DNA of 64,000 nucleotides. Origin: Planctomycetota bacterium (lineage in GTDB: Bacteria > Planctomycetota > UBA11346). A model generated the notes under the pieces. It was not told the origin of the DNA. It saw only the letters and a list, made by a program, of their open reading frames with translations, and made no database searches. Both the position numbers and the translations under genes were made by a program. Position 1 is the stretch's first letter. Each line of letters starts with the position of its first letter. The stretch covers positions 2,042 to 66,041 of the forward strand of contig JAFLCQ010000003.1 in NCBI GenBank assembly GCA_017302815.1, given 5' to 3'. Below are positions 8,087 through 17,520 of the stretch, piece by piece.

Positions 8087-10302
8087 TGCCGATGCCCCTG
8101 CCCGTCCGGCGCGACCGGACCCAGGTCAGGTGCGACGTCTGGGATGCGTAGCCCAGCCAGCACCAGGGCATCGACCGTCCGCTCCATGGGATGCCCGACG
8201 CGGTGCTGCAGGTGGTATTGGAGATGCGCCGCCCCGATGCGATCGACCACCGCCTGCGCATCGGCGCGGTGGCCGGCGCGCGCCAGGGTGACGGCCTGCA
8301 GCGCCTGCAACTCGGTATGGTCGGGGTTGATGCGCAATCCGCGCCCGACCGCCCGGGACAGGTCGGTGGCATCGCCGCGCGCCAGGGCTTCATAGGCCAG
8401 GATCAGTGGCGGATACATGCTGTCGGGCTCGGCACCGCTGGCGACCAGCCCCAGGTGCTGGGCGCTGTGCAGATCCCGCTGCGCCAACGCCGCCCGGGCG
8501 GCGGCGATCAGGGGCCAGAAGTCACCGGGCCGATCCTGCAGCACTTCCCAGGCCCGTGCATCGATGGCTGCCGCCGGGGCGAAGGCGGCCATGACGGCGC
8601 CGGCGCTCTCCGGCTCGGCCAGCGCCGCCGCCGCATCCACGCCTGCCGGAAGCGCCGGATCGTGGGCCTGGAAGCGGCTGACGGCGCAGACGCGCCCCAG
8701 CGCCCGCCATCCCGGTGTCGGTCCGCCGCTGGCGAGGGCCTGGGCTGCACGAGCGGCCTCGACCGATTGGTTCCGCTCCGCCGCGGCACGCCACGCCCAG
8801 ACCAGCGCCTCAGCGATATCCACGGCCAGGGGATGATCGTGCCAGGTCGGCAGCGCGGCGGCGCTGCCCAACTCGATGCCGACGCCGGCCAGTGCGCTCT
8901 GCCACTCCTGGGACTCACCAGGCCATGGGCCGGTACGCCGGACATGATCAAGCAGCTGCCGGAAACGGAGACGCTGTTCGGCGAGCCGTGTCTGCTGGGC
9001 CAGCACATCGCCCGCGGCGCGCAGGCGTTCGGCGAGGGCGTGCGCCTCCGGCAGACCGGGATGGGACGCGAGCAGCGCTTCCACCTCGGCCTGGGCCACC
9101 CGCACCGCCTCGGGTCGGTTCAGGTCGACGGCGGCAGCCATGCGTTCCACCCGCTGGACAGCGGCCTGCCTGGCGTCGTGGAGATGCAGCCACCAGGCGC
9201 TACCCACCACGGCGAGGAGCAGGATGGCCGAACCGGCAGCCATGCGGACCTGCTTGGAGTGCCGAAGCCGCAACCAAGCCCGTTCAAGCCGCCCGGCCTC
9301 CTGGGCGACCGTGATGCCCTCATCAAGCCAGCGCCGGAGTTCGGCCACGATCGCACCTGCATCGGGGTAGCGCTGGGTTGGCTCGGACAGGCAGCGCCGT
9401 ACCACAGCAGCAAGGCCTCGTGGGACGTTCCGGTCCTGCAACCGGTCGAGTTCGAGCAACCCCGGCCGGCCAGGATCGGGACGCGGTCCCTGGCCAGTCA
9501 GCACCAGGTGCAGCAGGGCGCCAAGGGCGAAGACGTCCATCCGCGGATCGGCTGGCGCCCCCATGGCCTGCTCGGGAGCCATCCAGGCCGGGGTGCCGAC
9601 CCGGACGCCATCACCCTCGCCAATCCGAGCCGCAACGCCCCAGTCGAGGACATAGACGGCACCGAAATCCGCAACCAGGATGTTGGCCGGGGTGAGATCC
9701 CGATGCACAACGCCACGACTGTGGGCGAAGGCGATGGCCTCGACAGCGCGCAAGAAGACTTCGACCAGGGCGATGGCTGGTCGTGGTTCGTCACGCAGAC
9801 GTTCATCGAGCGGACGGCCGTTCAGACGTTGCATGGTGAAGGCCGGACGCCCCTCGGCACGGCCGATGTCGTAGATCGGCGGGATGGCCGGATGCTCCAG
9901 CGATGCGGTCAGGGCGGCTTCGCGCCGGAAGGCCTGGGCGCGGAGATAGAACTGGTCCAGGCTTTCGTCGATACCACGCGGCTTGAGGACCTTCAGGGCG
10001 ACATCACGTTCGAGGGATGCGTCTGCGGCGCGCTGCACCACCGCCATACCGCCCTCGCCAATCACATCCCCGGCATGCAGACGGCTGCGGGAGGGATCGG
10101 CAACAAACCCAGGCTCAGGTGGTGCCTTCAGTGGCATATCGAGATGCACCTGCGTCATCTGGGATTCCGCGTCACCCAGGAGACGTCCAACCTCCTCGTC
10201 GGGCTGGTGCTCCAGCCACTGATCGATCGCGGCGAAACGGTCTTTGGGCAGCGAACCGCGCAGATAGGCGGCAAGCTCCGCGGGCGTGGGTGCGGGATCC
10301 AT
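8080..10302 (-). CDS. Ser/Thr protein kinase with TM segment and long helical/TPR-like C-terminal domain
   Basis: Hanks-type motifs: VALKVL, HRDLTPANILV, LDWGVA (DFG-equivalent) and GTPAWMAPEQ. A hydrophobic segment AAGSAILLLAVVGSAWWL precedes about 380 aa of Ala/Leu-rich helical repeats. It is the last gene of the cus-like operon. Confidence 0.85.
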   Translation of the reverse strand: MDPAPTPAELAAYLRGSLPKDRFAAIDQWLEHQPDEEVGRLLGDAESQMTQVHLDMPLKAPPEPGFVADPSRSRLHAGDVIGEGGMAVVQRAADASLERDVALKVLKPRGIDESLDQFYLRAQAFRREAALTASLEHPAIPPIYDIGRAEGRPAFTMQRLNGRPLDERLRDEPRPAIALVEVFLRAVEAIAFAHSRGVVHRDLTPANILVADFGAVYVLDWGVAARIGEGDGVRVGTPAWMAPEQAMGAPADPRMDVFALGALLHLVLTGQGPRPDPGRPGLLELDRLQDRNVPRGLAAVVRRCLSEPTQRYPDAGAIVAELRRWLDEGITVAQEAGRLERAWLRLRHSKQVRMAAGSAILLLAVVGSAWWLHLHDARQAAVQRVERMAAAVDLNRPEAVRVAQAEVEALLASHPGLPEAHALAERLRAAGDVLAQQTRLAEQRLRFRQLLDHVRRTGPWPGESQEWQSALAGVGIELGSAAALPTWHDHPLAVDIAEALVWAWRAAAERNQSVEAARAAQALASGGPTPGWRALGRVCAVSRFQAHDPALPAGVDAAAALAEPESAGAVMAAFAPAAAIDARAWEVLQDRPGDFWPLIAAARAALAQRDLHSAQHLGLVASGAEPDSMYPPLILAYEALARGDATDLSRAVGRGLRINPDHTELQALQAVTLARAGHRADAQAVVDRIGAAHLQYHLQHRVGHPMERTVDALVLAGLRIPDVAPDLGPVAPDGQGHRHH

Positions 10303-10305
10303 GGG

Positions 10306-10491
10306 CTAGGCGGATACAGGCGCATCGTCGATGCGATGCGGATCGGCGCTGGGAACCACCGCATCAGCCGCCGTCACGGGTGGCGGCACGGATGGCCGAC
10401 CCTCCATGATCGTGCGCAGCCGTTCAGCCAGTGCGAGCGCCGCAGCCGCCGCATCGGGATCCAGCGGATCAGGGACTTGCGGCGTGATCAT
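10306..10491 (-). CDS. Small Pro/Ala/Asp-rich hypothetical protein
   Basis: 61-aa ORF that exactly fills the gap between the cusA stop (10495) and the kinase start (10302), with 3-nt spacers on both sides. No recognisable motif. Confidence 0.35.
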   Translation of the reverse strand: MITPQVPDPLDPDAAAAALALAERLRTIMEGRPSVPPPVTAADAVVPSADPHRIDDAPVSA

Positions 10492-10494
10492 GCC

Positions 10495-13400
10495 CTATGT
10501 CCCGGCTGGACCCGCATCTGGCACAGGCGTTGGTGCCGGTGGTGCCACCAATGCCGCCTGACGCTGCAGCTTCCGCTCCCACCACCAGGCGTAGAAGACC
10601 GGGACGCTGAACAGGCTGATGTAGTCGGCGAGCATGCCGCCGATCACCGGCAGGACCATCGGACGCATCAGTTCGGCGCCGCGGCCGTCGCTCCACAGGA
10701 TGGGGATCAGCGCCAGCAGGGTGGTGCAGTTGGTCATGATGGCCGGACGGCGACGCCGCAGGCCGGCCTGGAAGACGCGCTGGTGGACATCGGGGATGGT
10801 CGTCGGCGCGGTCTTGAACAGATCGTGGAGGTAGGTGCCCAGCAGGATGCCATCATTGAACATGACGCCCAGCAGCACCAGGAAGCCGACGATCACCGCC
10901 GTGGTCATCTCCGCGCCGTAGAGGTAGACGGCGATGAAGCCGCCCGCCGTCGTGACGGTGACGTTGCAGGTGATGATGATCGAGGTGGTCAGCAGCGAGC
11001 GGGTGCCCCAGAGGATCAGCACCAGCATCACGCCCATCGCCATGCCGATCACCCAGGTCATGGTCTGGTCGGCCTTCATCTTCTGCTCGAAGCGTCCGAC
11101 CCAGCGATAGGTCGCACCGGCCGGCAGGGTCAGTTCGCCCCGCTTGATCGCCTCCTGGAGCATGCGGTCGGCCTCGCGCACGACCTCGACCTCGGCACGG
11201 CCGCGGGCGTTGAGCAGGACGTACTGCGTGCGCTTGCCGCCCTCGCTGCGGATCGCCATCGGGCCGATCGTCCAGGTGACGGCGTTGGGGTCGTCGCGCT
11301 TGGCGGTCACCGTCACCTGACCCGGTGGCGGCGCGGCCACGCCCGGTGCCAGGACCGTCAGCGGATCGACGATGCCGGCTGGCAGCGGATCGCCTGCCGG
11401 GATGGTCAGCTCGGCCAGGGTTGGCGAGAGCGGCGTCAGGTTGCGTCCGATGGTCAGCGACTGGCTCTTCCGCCACGCCTCGGGAGTGATGCCATCGAAG
11501 CGCAGGGTGTAGACGGTCGGCGAGGCGGTGAGTAGGTTCAGGGCGATGGCGCCGTGTCCGGCCGCGACCGGCACCTGGAGCTGGGCGAACTCGTCGGCGT
11601 CATCGCGACGCTCGCGCGGGTAGCGGATGCGCACGTTGTAGCGGAGCGTGCCTTCGACGGAGGCGATGATCGGCATGCCGCCCAGGGCGGATTCGACGGT
11701 GGTGAGGAGCTGCTCGGCGGTGATGCCGAAGCGCGCCATCTTGCGCTCATCCAGGCGGATCTCGGCGTAGGGCTTGCCCCCCTCGCGCTGCATCTGCACA
11801 TCGGCCGCGCCGGGGACGCGCTGGACGACCTTTTCGGCCTGCTCCGCGAAGTTCTCCAGGGCCGCCTGATCATCGCCGAGGATCTGCAGGGCCATGAGCG
11901 AGCGGATGCCGGTCGACAACATGACGACGCGGGTCTCGATCGGCTGCAGCCAGCTCGGCGCGACGCCGGGGATGTCGCTGGCGGCGCCCAGGGCCTGGCG
12001 CACCTCGGCCAACGTCCGTGGACGGGTCTGGGTGGTGCCGTCGGGCAGGGTGATCTCGTGCACCGGCCATTCGTGGTAGGGCTTGAGCAGCACCACGGTC
12101 TCGATCATGCCGATCGGCGCCGGATCGAGGGCGGTCTCGGCCCGCCCCATCTTGCCCATCAGCGCCGCCACCTCGGGCACCGAGGCGATGGCCTTGTTCT
12201 GCTGCATCATCACCCGCTGGGTCTCGCCCAGGCCGGCGGTGGCCGGGACCGAGGGCATGAACAGCAGCGAACCCTCGTCGAGGGGCGGGAGGAAGCTGGC
12301 GCCGATACCGGGGAAGGCGCGACGCATGGCGGCGTCGAAGCGGGTCTGCGTGATGTCGGCGCCGACCAGGGCCAGGCCCTGGCGCAACGGCCAGCTCACC
12401 GTCGACCAGCCGGTTCCCAGCATCCAGCCGAAGAGCGCGACCGAGGCGATGGTCAGGGTGAAGGCGACCTTGTGGCGCAGCATGCGGGTCAGCGCCCAGT
12501 CGTAGGCGATGGCGATGCCGTGGCTGACCGGGTTCTCCTCGTAGCTGACCAGCTCTTCGCGGCCGAGGCGCCAGACGGCGTAAGCGGCGAGCATGGCGCC
12601 CAGCGGCGCGGCGATGAGGCCCGGCAGGACCACGGCCCAGCGGCCATGGTCGAGCGGGATGCGCAGGCCCTCGGGCAGCAGGATCATGAACACGATGCCG
12701 GCGAGCAGGCCGGCGAACGCGAGGATCACCGGCTTGCGCGTCTGCCACGGCGGCAGCAGCAACCGGCACAGCACCGGGACGAGCAGCATGCCGAAGATGA
12801 CGGCGGCGCCGATGGCCAGGGTCTTGGTCGCGGCCAACGGCTTGAACAGGCGGCCGGCCTGGTCGTCGAGGAGGAAGATCGGAATGAAGCTGATGATCGT
12901 GGTCGCCGCAGCGGTCAGCAGGGCGCGGGACACCTCGCTGGTGCCGGCGATGACGGCGTCGACGACCTCGGGATCCATCGGCGAGCTGGGCGGTGGCTTG
13001 CCTTCGCGATGCCGCCGCTCCTTGAGCATGACGAGATGCTGGGTGACGTTCTCGCACACCACGATGCCGAAGTCGACCATCACGCCGATGGCGATGGCGA
13101 TGCCGGCCAGGCTCATGATGTTGGCCGACATGCCGAACAGGCGCATGGCCAGGAAGGTCGACAGCACGCCCAGCGGCAGGGCCAACGCGACGGTCAGGCT
13201 GGCCCGGGCATGGAGCATGAAGATGACGATGACCAGGCAGGTGACGATGAGCTCCTCGATGAGCACACGGGCCAGGGTCTGGTTGGTCTCCAGGATGAGT
13301 TGCGACCGGTCGTAGAACGGCACGGCGACCAGTTCGTCCTTGGCGAGCGTCGGCGACAGGTCGTTCAGGCGCTGCTTGACCGCCCCGATGACCGTCTTGG

Positions 13401-14268
13401 GGTCCTCGCCGACGCGCATGGCGACGACCGCGCCGACCTGTTCGCCGGATTGATCGGCGAGCAGCCCCTGGCGGACCGCTCCACCCAGATGGACCTCGGC
13501 TATGTCGCCCAGCAGCAGGCCGGCGCTCTGCTTCGCGTTGCCCTGGATGACGATGTTCTCGACATCGGCGACCGAGCGGATGAAGCCGCGTCCGCGGATC
13601 ATCGTCTCAATGCCGGACTGCTCGATCGACATGGCGCCGACATCGCGGCCGGCCGCCTTCACCGCGTCCATCAGCATCATGGTGGTGATGCCCTGCTCCT
13701 CCAGGCGGGTCGGATCGATGTCGATCTGGTACTCGCGCACCACGCCGCCGGCCGGAGCCACCTCGGACACGCCACGCACGCCTTGCAGGGCGGGGACGAC
13801 CACCTGATCGAGGATGAAGCGTTTGCGCTCGACGTCGCTCGGACCTTGGAGGGTGAAGGCGAAGACCTGTCCCATCGCCGTCGCGTCAGGTCCGAGCTTG
13901 GCCTGGACCCCGGCAGGGAGCAGTCCCTGGATCTGCGACAGCCGCTCCAGCGTGCGGGTCCGGCAGTCGTAGAGGTTGCGGTCCTCGTCGAAGATGACGT
14001 AGACGTAGCTGGTCCCGAACAGGGACATGCCGCGCACGACCTTGACGCCGGGCAGGCCCTGGAGTTCGCGGGCCAGCCGGCGGGTCACCTGCTCATCGAT
14101 ATCCTCAGGCGATTTCCCGGGCCACTCGGCCCAGACGATGACCTGGTTGTCGGAGAGGTCGGGGATGGCGTCGACCGGCACTTTGGTCCACGCCCAGAGG
14201 CCAGCCACGCCCAAGGCGATGGTGATGGCCAGCGTAACCAGCCAGTTGCGGATGAACCAGGCGATCAT
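10495..14268 (-). CDS. cusA: Heavy-metal efflux RND pump (CusA/CzcA family), unusually long
   Basis: The N-terminus MIAWFIRNWLV...VPVDAIPDLSDNQVIVWAEWPGKSPEDIDEQVT..YVYVIFDEDRNLY..LPAGVQAKLGPDATAMGQVF parallels E. coli CusA closely. 1257 aa versus about 1050 typical; extra segments are visible in the second periplasmic loop and mid-protein. Confidence 0.85.
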   Translation of the reverse strand: MIAWFIRNWLVTLAITIALGVAGLWAWTKVPVDAIPDLSDNQVIVWAEWPGKSPEDIDEQVTRRLARELQGLPGVKVVRGMSLFGTSYVYVIFDEDRNLYDCRTRTLERLSQIQGLLPAGVQAKLGPDATAMGQVFAFTLQGPSDVERKRFILDQVVVPALQGVRGVSEVAPAGGVVREYQIDIDPTRLEEQGITTMMLMDAVKAAGRDVGAMSIEQSGIETMIRGRGFIRSVADVENIVIQGNAKQSAGLLLGDIAEVHLGGAVRQGLLADQSGEQVGAVVAMRVGEDPKTVIGAVKQRLNDLSPTLAKDELVAVPFYDRSQLILETNQTLARVLIEELIVTCLVIVIFMLHARASLTVALALPLGVLSTFLAMRLFGMSANIMSLAGIAIAIGVMVDFGIVVCENVTQHLVMLKERRHREGKPPPSSPMDPEVVDAVIAGTSEVSRALLTAAATTIISFIPIFLLDDQAGRLFKPLAATKTLAIGAAVIFGMLLVPVLCRLLLPPWQTRKPVILAFAGLLAGIVFMILLPEGLRIPLDHGRWAVVLPGLIAAPLGAMLAAYAVWRLGREELVSYEENPVSHGIAIAYDWALTRMLRHKVAFTLTIASVALFGWMLGTGWSTVSWPLRQGLALVGADITQTRFDAAMRRAFPGIGASFLPPLDEGSLLFMPSVPATAGLGETQRVMMQQNKAIASVPEVAALMGKMGRAETALDPAPIGMIETVVLLKPYHEWPVHEITLPDGTTQTRPRTLAEVRQALGAASDIPGVAPSWLQPIETRVVMLSTGIRSLMALQILGDDQAALENFAEQAEKVVQRVPGAADVQMQREGGKPYAEIRLDERKMARFGITAEQLLTTVESALGGMPIIASVEGTLRYNVRIRYPRERRDDADEFAQLQVPVAAGHGAIALNLLTASPTVYTLRFDGITPEAWRKSQSLTIGRNLTPLSPTLAELTIPAGDPLPAGIVDPLTVLAPGVAAPPPGQVTVTAKRDDPNAVTWTIGPMAIRSEGGKRTQYVLLNARGRAEVEVVREADRMLQEAIKRGELTLPAGATYRWVGRFEQKMKADQTMTWVIGMAMGVMLVLILWGTRSLLTTSIIITCNVTVTTAGGFIAVYLYGAEMTTAVIVGFLVLLGVMFNDGILLGTYLHDLFKTAPTTIPDVHQRVFQAGLRRRRPAIMTNCTTLLALIPILWSDGRGAELMRPMVLPVIGGMLADYISLFSVPVFYAWWWERKLQRQAALVAPPAPTPVPDAGPAGT

Positions 14269-14274
14269 GGCGGC

Positions 14275-15603
14275 TCAGTGCTGGTGTGCGGGTGCGGTGT
14301 TCACCGACCCGTCGGGGAACAGGAGCGAGGCCGAGCCGGCGAGCTGGGCCTGGCTGTCGATGAGGAAGAGCGCCTGGGTGGCGACCTCATCACCAGGCTG
14401 CAGTCCGGCACGGATGACGTAGCGGTCGTTGCCCGCCTCATCCTCCAGCCGGGGTCCCAGGGCGACGGTCACCGGCTCGAACTGCACCGAGCCATCGGTC
14501 TTGCGGCTCTTCACCCGCCACGCGATGTGGCGGACACCGGTCGAGAGGATGGCGGTCTTGGGCACCTGCGGGAAGGTCCCCCAGGTCGACTGGTCGGTGG
14601 GATCAGCCGGCGTCAGATCGGCTCCGAGCACCGCCTGGATGCGGGCGTTGAGCAGCGAGCCGGGGAGGATGCGTTTGCGGCCATCGGCCAGGTGGATGCG
14701 CACTTCGCGGGCCCGGATCTCGGGATTCAGCTCGTTGGCCACGCGGCCGACCACGGCCTCGATCTCGGGCAGTTCGCCCATGTCATCGCTCGACAAGCGC
14801 ACCCGCTGGCCGGCGCGCAGGAAATGGACGCGCGGCTCGGGTACATGGAACACCAGGGTCAGGCGATGCGGATCGACCAGCTTGATCAGCGGCATGTCGG
14901 CCTGCACCTCGCCGCCGACCATGAGCGTCTTGTTGACCATGTCCTGGTCATCGAGGTAGGCCTGACCTGCGGCCGGGCTGTAGATCGTCACCGTATCGGT
15001 CGGGGGCTTGCCGGCCTTGATCGCCTCCGCGACATGGCGCAGGTTCCAGCGCACGAAGCGTTCCTCGATGGCGGCGGCCAGGTCGGCGTTGCCGGAGCGG
15101 ATCGCGGCGGCCAACTCGCCCTGCGCCTGGTAGGCCTCCGGGCTGTAGAGATCGATGATCGGATCGCCGAGCAGGACCTCCTGGCAGCAGCCGAAAGTCG
15201 CATCATGGCGCTTGACGATGCGCCCTCCGATGCGGCTGATCACGACCTGGGAGAAGCGTTCGTCGTACTCGGCGGCGCCGTAGGCGCGGACGACGACGCT
15301 CGCCGGACCAGCCGTGACTGTCGCCGTCTTGGTGCCCATGCGGCGCTGCTGTTCGCGAGTGAGGTCACCAGCCGTGACCCGCTCCATCTTCATGCCGCAC
15401 ACCGGACAGCTGCCCGGCTTGTGGCCGATGAAGTCCATCATCGGGCAGGCCCAGCGTTCGCCGGTCGGCGCATCGGCATCGGTCCGGTCGTGCGGGACAA
15501 AGAAGGTGCCCGACGGGATGGCGACGATCAGAACCGAGCCGACGGCGAGACCAGCCGCAGCGCTCATCCATCCATTCCACGATCGCAAGATAGGCATGGT
15601 CAC
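14275..15603 (-). CDS. cusB: RND periplasmic adaptor (CusB-like) with N-terminal Cys metal-binding motif
   Basis: N-terminal anchor, then CPMMDFIGHKPGSCPVCGMKMERV (heavy-metal-binding-domain pattern), followed by membrane-fusion-protein architecture. Directly upstream of cusA. Confidence 0.8.
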   Translation of the reverse strand: MTMPILRSWNGWMSAAAGLAVGSVLIVAIPSGTFFVPHDRTDADAPTGERWACPMMDFIGHKPGSCPVCGMKMERVTAGDLTREQQRRMGTKTATVTAGPASVVVRAYGAAEYDERFSQVVISRIGGRIVKRHDATFGCCQEVLLGDPIIDLYSPEAYQAQGELAAAIRSGNADLAAAIEERFVRWNLRHVAEAIKAGKPPTDTVTIYSPAAGQAYLDDQDMVNKTLMVGGEVQADMPLIKLVDPHRLTLVFHVPEPRVHFLRAGQRVRLSSDDMGELPEIEAVVGRVANELNPEIRAREVRIHLADGRKRILPGSLLNARIQAVLGADLTPADPTDQSTWGTFPQVPKTAILSTGVRHIAWRVKSRKTDGSVQFEPVTVALGPRLEDEAGNDRYVIRAGLQPGDEVATQALFLIDSQAQLAGSASLLFPDGSVNTAPAHQH

Positions 15604-16073
15604 TCCTCGACGACCTGGTTCTTGAGCGCGGCCGGACCATAGCGTTCGGGCTCGGCGGCGAACTTGGGTGGGCAGGCCTTGCAGCCGAATCCGATGGTCT
15701 TGCCCTGGAAGGTGGCAGTCGGCAGCTTGGGGTTCACCGGCATGCCGCAGATGGCGCAGATGGTATTGACCGGCACACCGGCAGCAGGCGCGGCCGGCAT
15801 GGCATGCCCGGCATGGGGATCAGCCGCCGGTGCGGCGGCCGGCGTAGCCGGAGCCGGACTGCCATGGCCGGCATGCGGATCTGGTGCCGCCGGTGCCGTT
15901 GGTGGCGTGGCAGCCCCCGTATGCCCGGCATGCGGATCGACGGTGCTCGCCGGAGCGACCGTATGCGATCCCTGGTGGCCCTCGTAGGCGTTGTGGCGGA
16001 CCGTGCGGATGGCGGCCGTCACGACGGCGCCGATCAGGAAGCAGGCGGCGAAGATGATGAGATGGCGGGTCAT
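15600..16073 (-). CDS. Membrane-anchored His-rich protein with 3x DPHAGH and C-terminal YHS/TRASH-like domain
   Basis: N-terminal TM helix (LIIFAACFLIGAVVTAAI), three DPHAGH motifs in a Pro/Ala linker, then ICAICGMPVNPKL...GKTIGFGCKACPPKFAAEP. 4-nt overlaps with both neighbours. Confidence 0.7.
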   Translation of the reverse strand: MTRHLIIFAACFLIGAVVTAAIRTVRHNAYEGHQGSHTVAPASTVDPHAGHTGAATPPTAPAAPDPHAGHGSPAPATPAAAPAADPHAGHAMPAAPAAGVPVNTICAICGMPVNPKLPTATFQGKTIGFGCKACPPKFAAEPERYGPAALKNQVVEE

Positions 16074-17380
16074 GGGGTGGTCGCCGGGGGCTGGTGGTGG
16101 TCGGTCGTCTGGTCGCCGTCATCGGCAACGGCTGTGGTCGGCAGGTCGGGTGGAGCGAGTCGCCAGAGTTCGGCCAAGGCCATCTGGCTGTCGAGCCGGG
16201 CCATGACCGCGTTCATGCCGGACTCGGTGATCATGTCGAGCAGGTTGAGCGAGGCTGTCACCGTGGCGCCGCCACTGCCGACCTGCTGGATGACCGCATC
16301 GTACTCCGTGCGGGTCCGGGCGGCGATGTCGTCGGCCGTCCGCTGCGCCTGCTGGGCTTGGGCGATGGCCCGCTGGGCGCGACTGACCTGGCTGCGCGCC
16401 ATCCAGGTCGCACCGCTGGCCTCATGGCGTGCGGCGCGAGCCCGGGTACGGGCGGCGTCGGCGGCACCGCCATAGGCTGAACGGTAGATCGGCAGCGACA
16501 TGCGGAAGGTGAGCGCGACCTTGTCGGTCTGCTCATCGGTTCCGGCTGCCTCGCGCTCCCAGGCCAGGCCGACCGCCGTCTCGGGATTGCCGCGTGCCTC
16601 GGCCTCGCGCTCCATGGCCTGGGCTTCCTGCTGCATGGCGGCAGCCGTCCGGGCCATCGGGTTGGCCTCGACCCGGATGGTGGCCGGGTCAGGGGCAGCA
16701 AACGGCGGCACGGGTGCATCGGGGCGCAGACCGAGGCGCCCGCGGACCATGGCCAGGGCATCCGCCTGGCGGCGCTCCAGGTCCGCCAGTTGCAGGTCAA
16801 GCTGCTGAGCCTTGGTATCGAGAGCCAACTGATCGCCGATCATCGCACCACCAGCGGCGATGCGGGCACGGACGACCTCGCGCAACGCCGTGATGCGTTC
16901 GCGCGACTGGCGGACCAGGACCTGGGTGTCGCGTGCGGCCATCCACTCCGCGACCCCCGTCGCCACCTCGGCGGCGTGCTCGCCGATCACAGCCGCGACG
17001 CTGGCGGCTTCGAGGCTGACCTGGGCCCGGGCGGTCTGGCGCATGGCATCGCGCTCGCCCCAACGCGGCAGGGCCTGCTCGATCATCGCCCCGTACATGG
17101 TCATCTCCTCACCCATGCGCGTCCGTTCGCGGCCGATGTCGCCGCCGACCATGGGGTCCGGCAGGACGCCGGCCGCAACTTGCGCCTGCTCGGCTCCGGC
17201 AACCCTGGCCCGGGCTGCTGCAATGGCCGGAGCCCGGGCCAGGGCGGCACGGAACTGCAGCAGCGCCGACGCCGGATCCTCGCCGGCTGCCGGTGCGGGG
17301 GCTGGCGCGGTCGGAGCCGGCACCTCGGCGGCGATGCCGAGCATCGTGCTGACGACCGCGAGAAGGATGATGCGTCGCAT
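16070..17380 (-). CDS. Outer-membrane efflux protein (TolC/CusC family)
   Basis: 436 aa with signal peptide MRRIILLAVVSTMLGIAA and Ala/Gln/Arg-rich coiled-coil-like repeats typical of OEPs. First large gene of the RND tripartite set. Confidence 0.65.
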   Translation of the reverse strand: MRRIILLAVVSTMLGIAAEVPAPTAPAPAPAAGEDPASALLQFRAALARAPAIAAARARVAGAEQAQVAAGVLPDPMVGGDIGRERTRMGEEMTMYGAMIEQALPRWGERDAMRQTARAQVSLEAASVAAVIGEHAAEVATGVAEWMAARDTQVLVRQSRERITALREVVRARIAAGGAMIGDQLALDTKAQQLDLQLADLERRQADALAMVRGRLGLRPDAPVPPFAAPDPATIRVEANPMARTAAAMQQEAQAMEREAEARGNPETAVGLAWEREAAGTDEQTDKVALTFRMSLPIYRSAYGGAADAARTRARAARHEASGATWMARSQVSRAQRAIAQAQQAQRTADDIAARTRTEYDAVIQQVGSGGATVTASLNLLDMITESGMNAVMARLDSQMALAELWRLAPPDLPTTAVADDGDQTTDHHQPPATTP

Positions 17381-17520
17381 AGGGTGGCTTTCGGCGGAAG
17401 GCCCGGCAGCAGGCGCTGCAAGGCGCGGCCAAGGACTGCCGAACGGAAACGGCAGAGCCCAGGTAGTTTACACGATTGGCCTGATCACCGCAAGACGCGG
17501 CAATCAGGCCGTACATGGAT

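Noticed and set aside
8191-15642. Very long plus-strand ORFs (8191-11535, 1114 aa; 11554-15642, 1362 aa) opposite the kinase and the CusA/CusB genes
   Set aside because: Their translations are Arg/Gly/Asp/His/Ala-rich low-complexity strings with no motifs. The minus-strand frames give textbook kinase, RND pump and adaptor sequences. These are typical antisense shadow ORFs of high-GC DNA. The same applies to 526-2208, 3573-5840, 43999-47103, 46970-48826, 51808-53592, 53658-55334, 55597-57258, 56562-58940 and 60939-62630.
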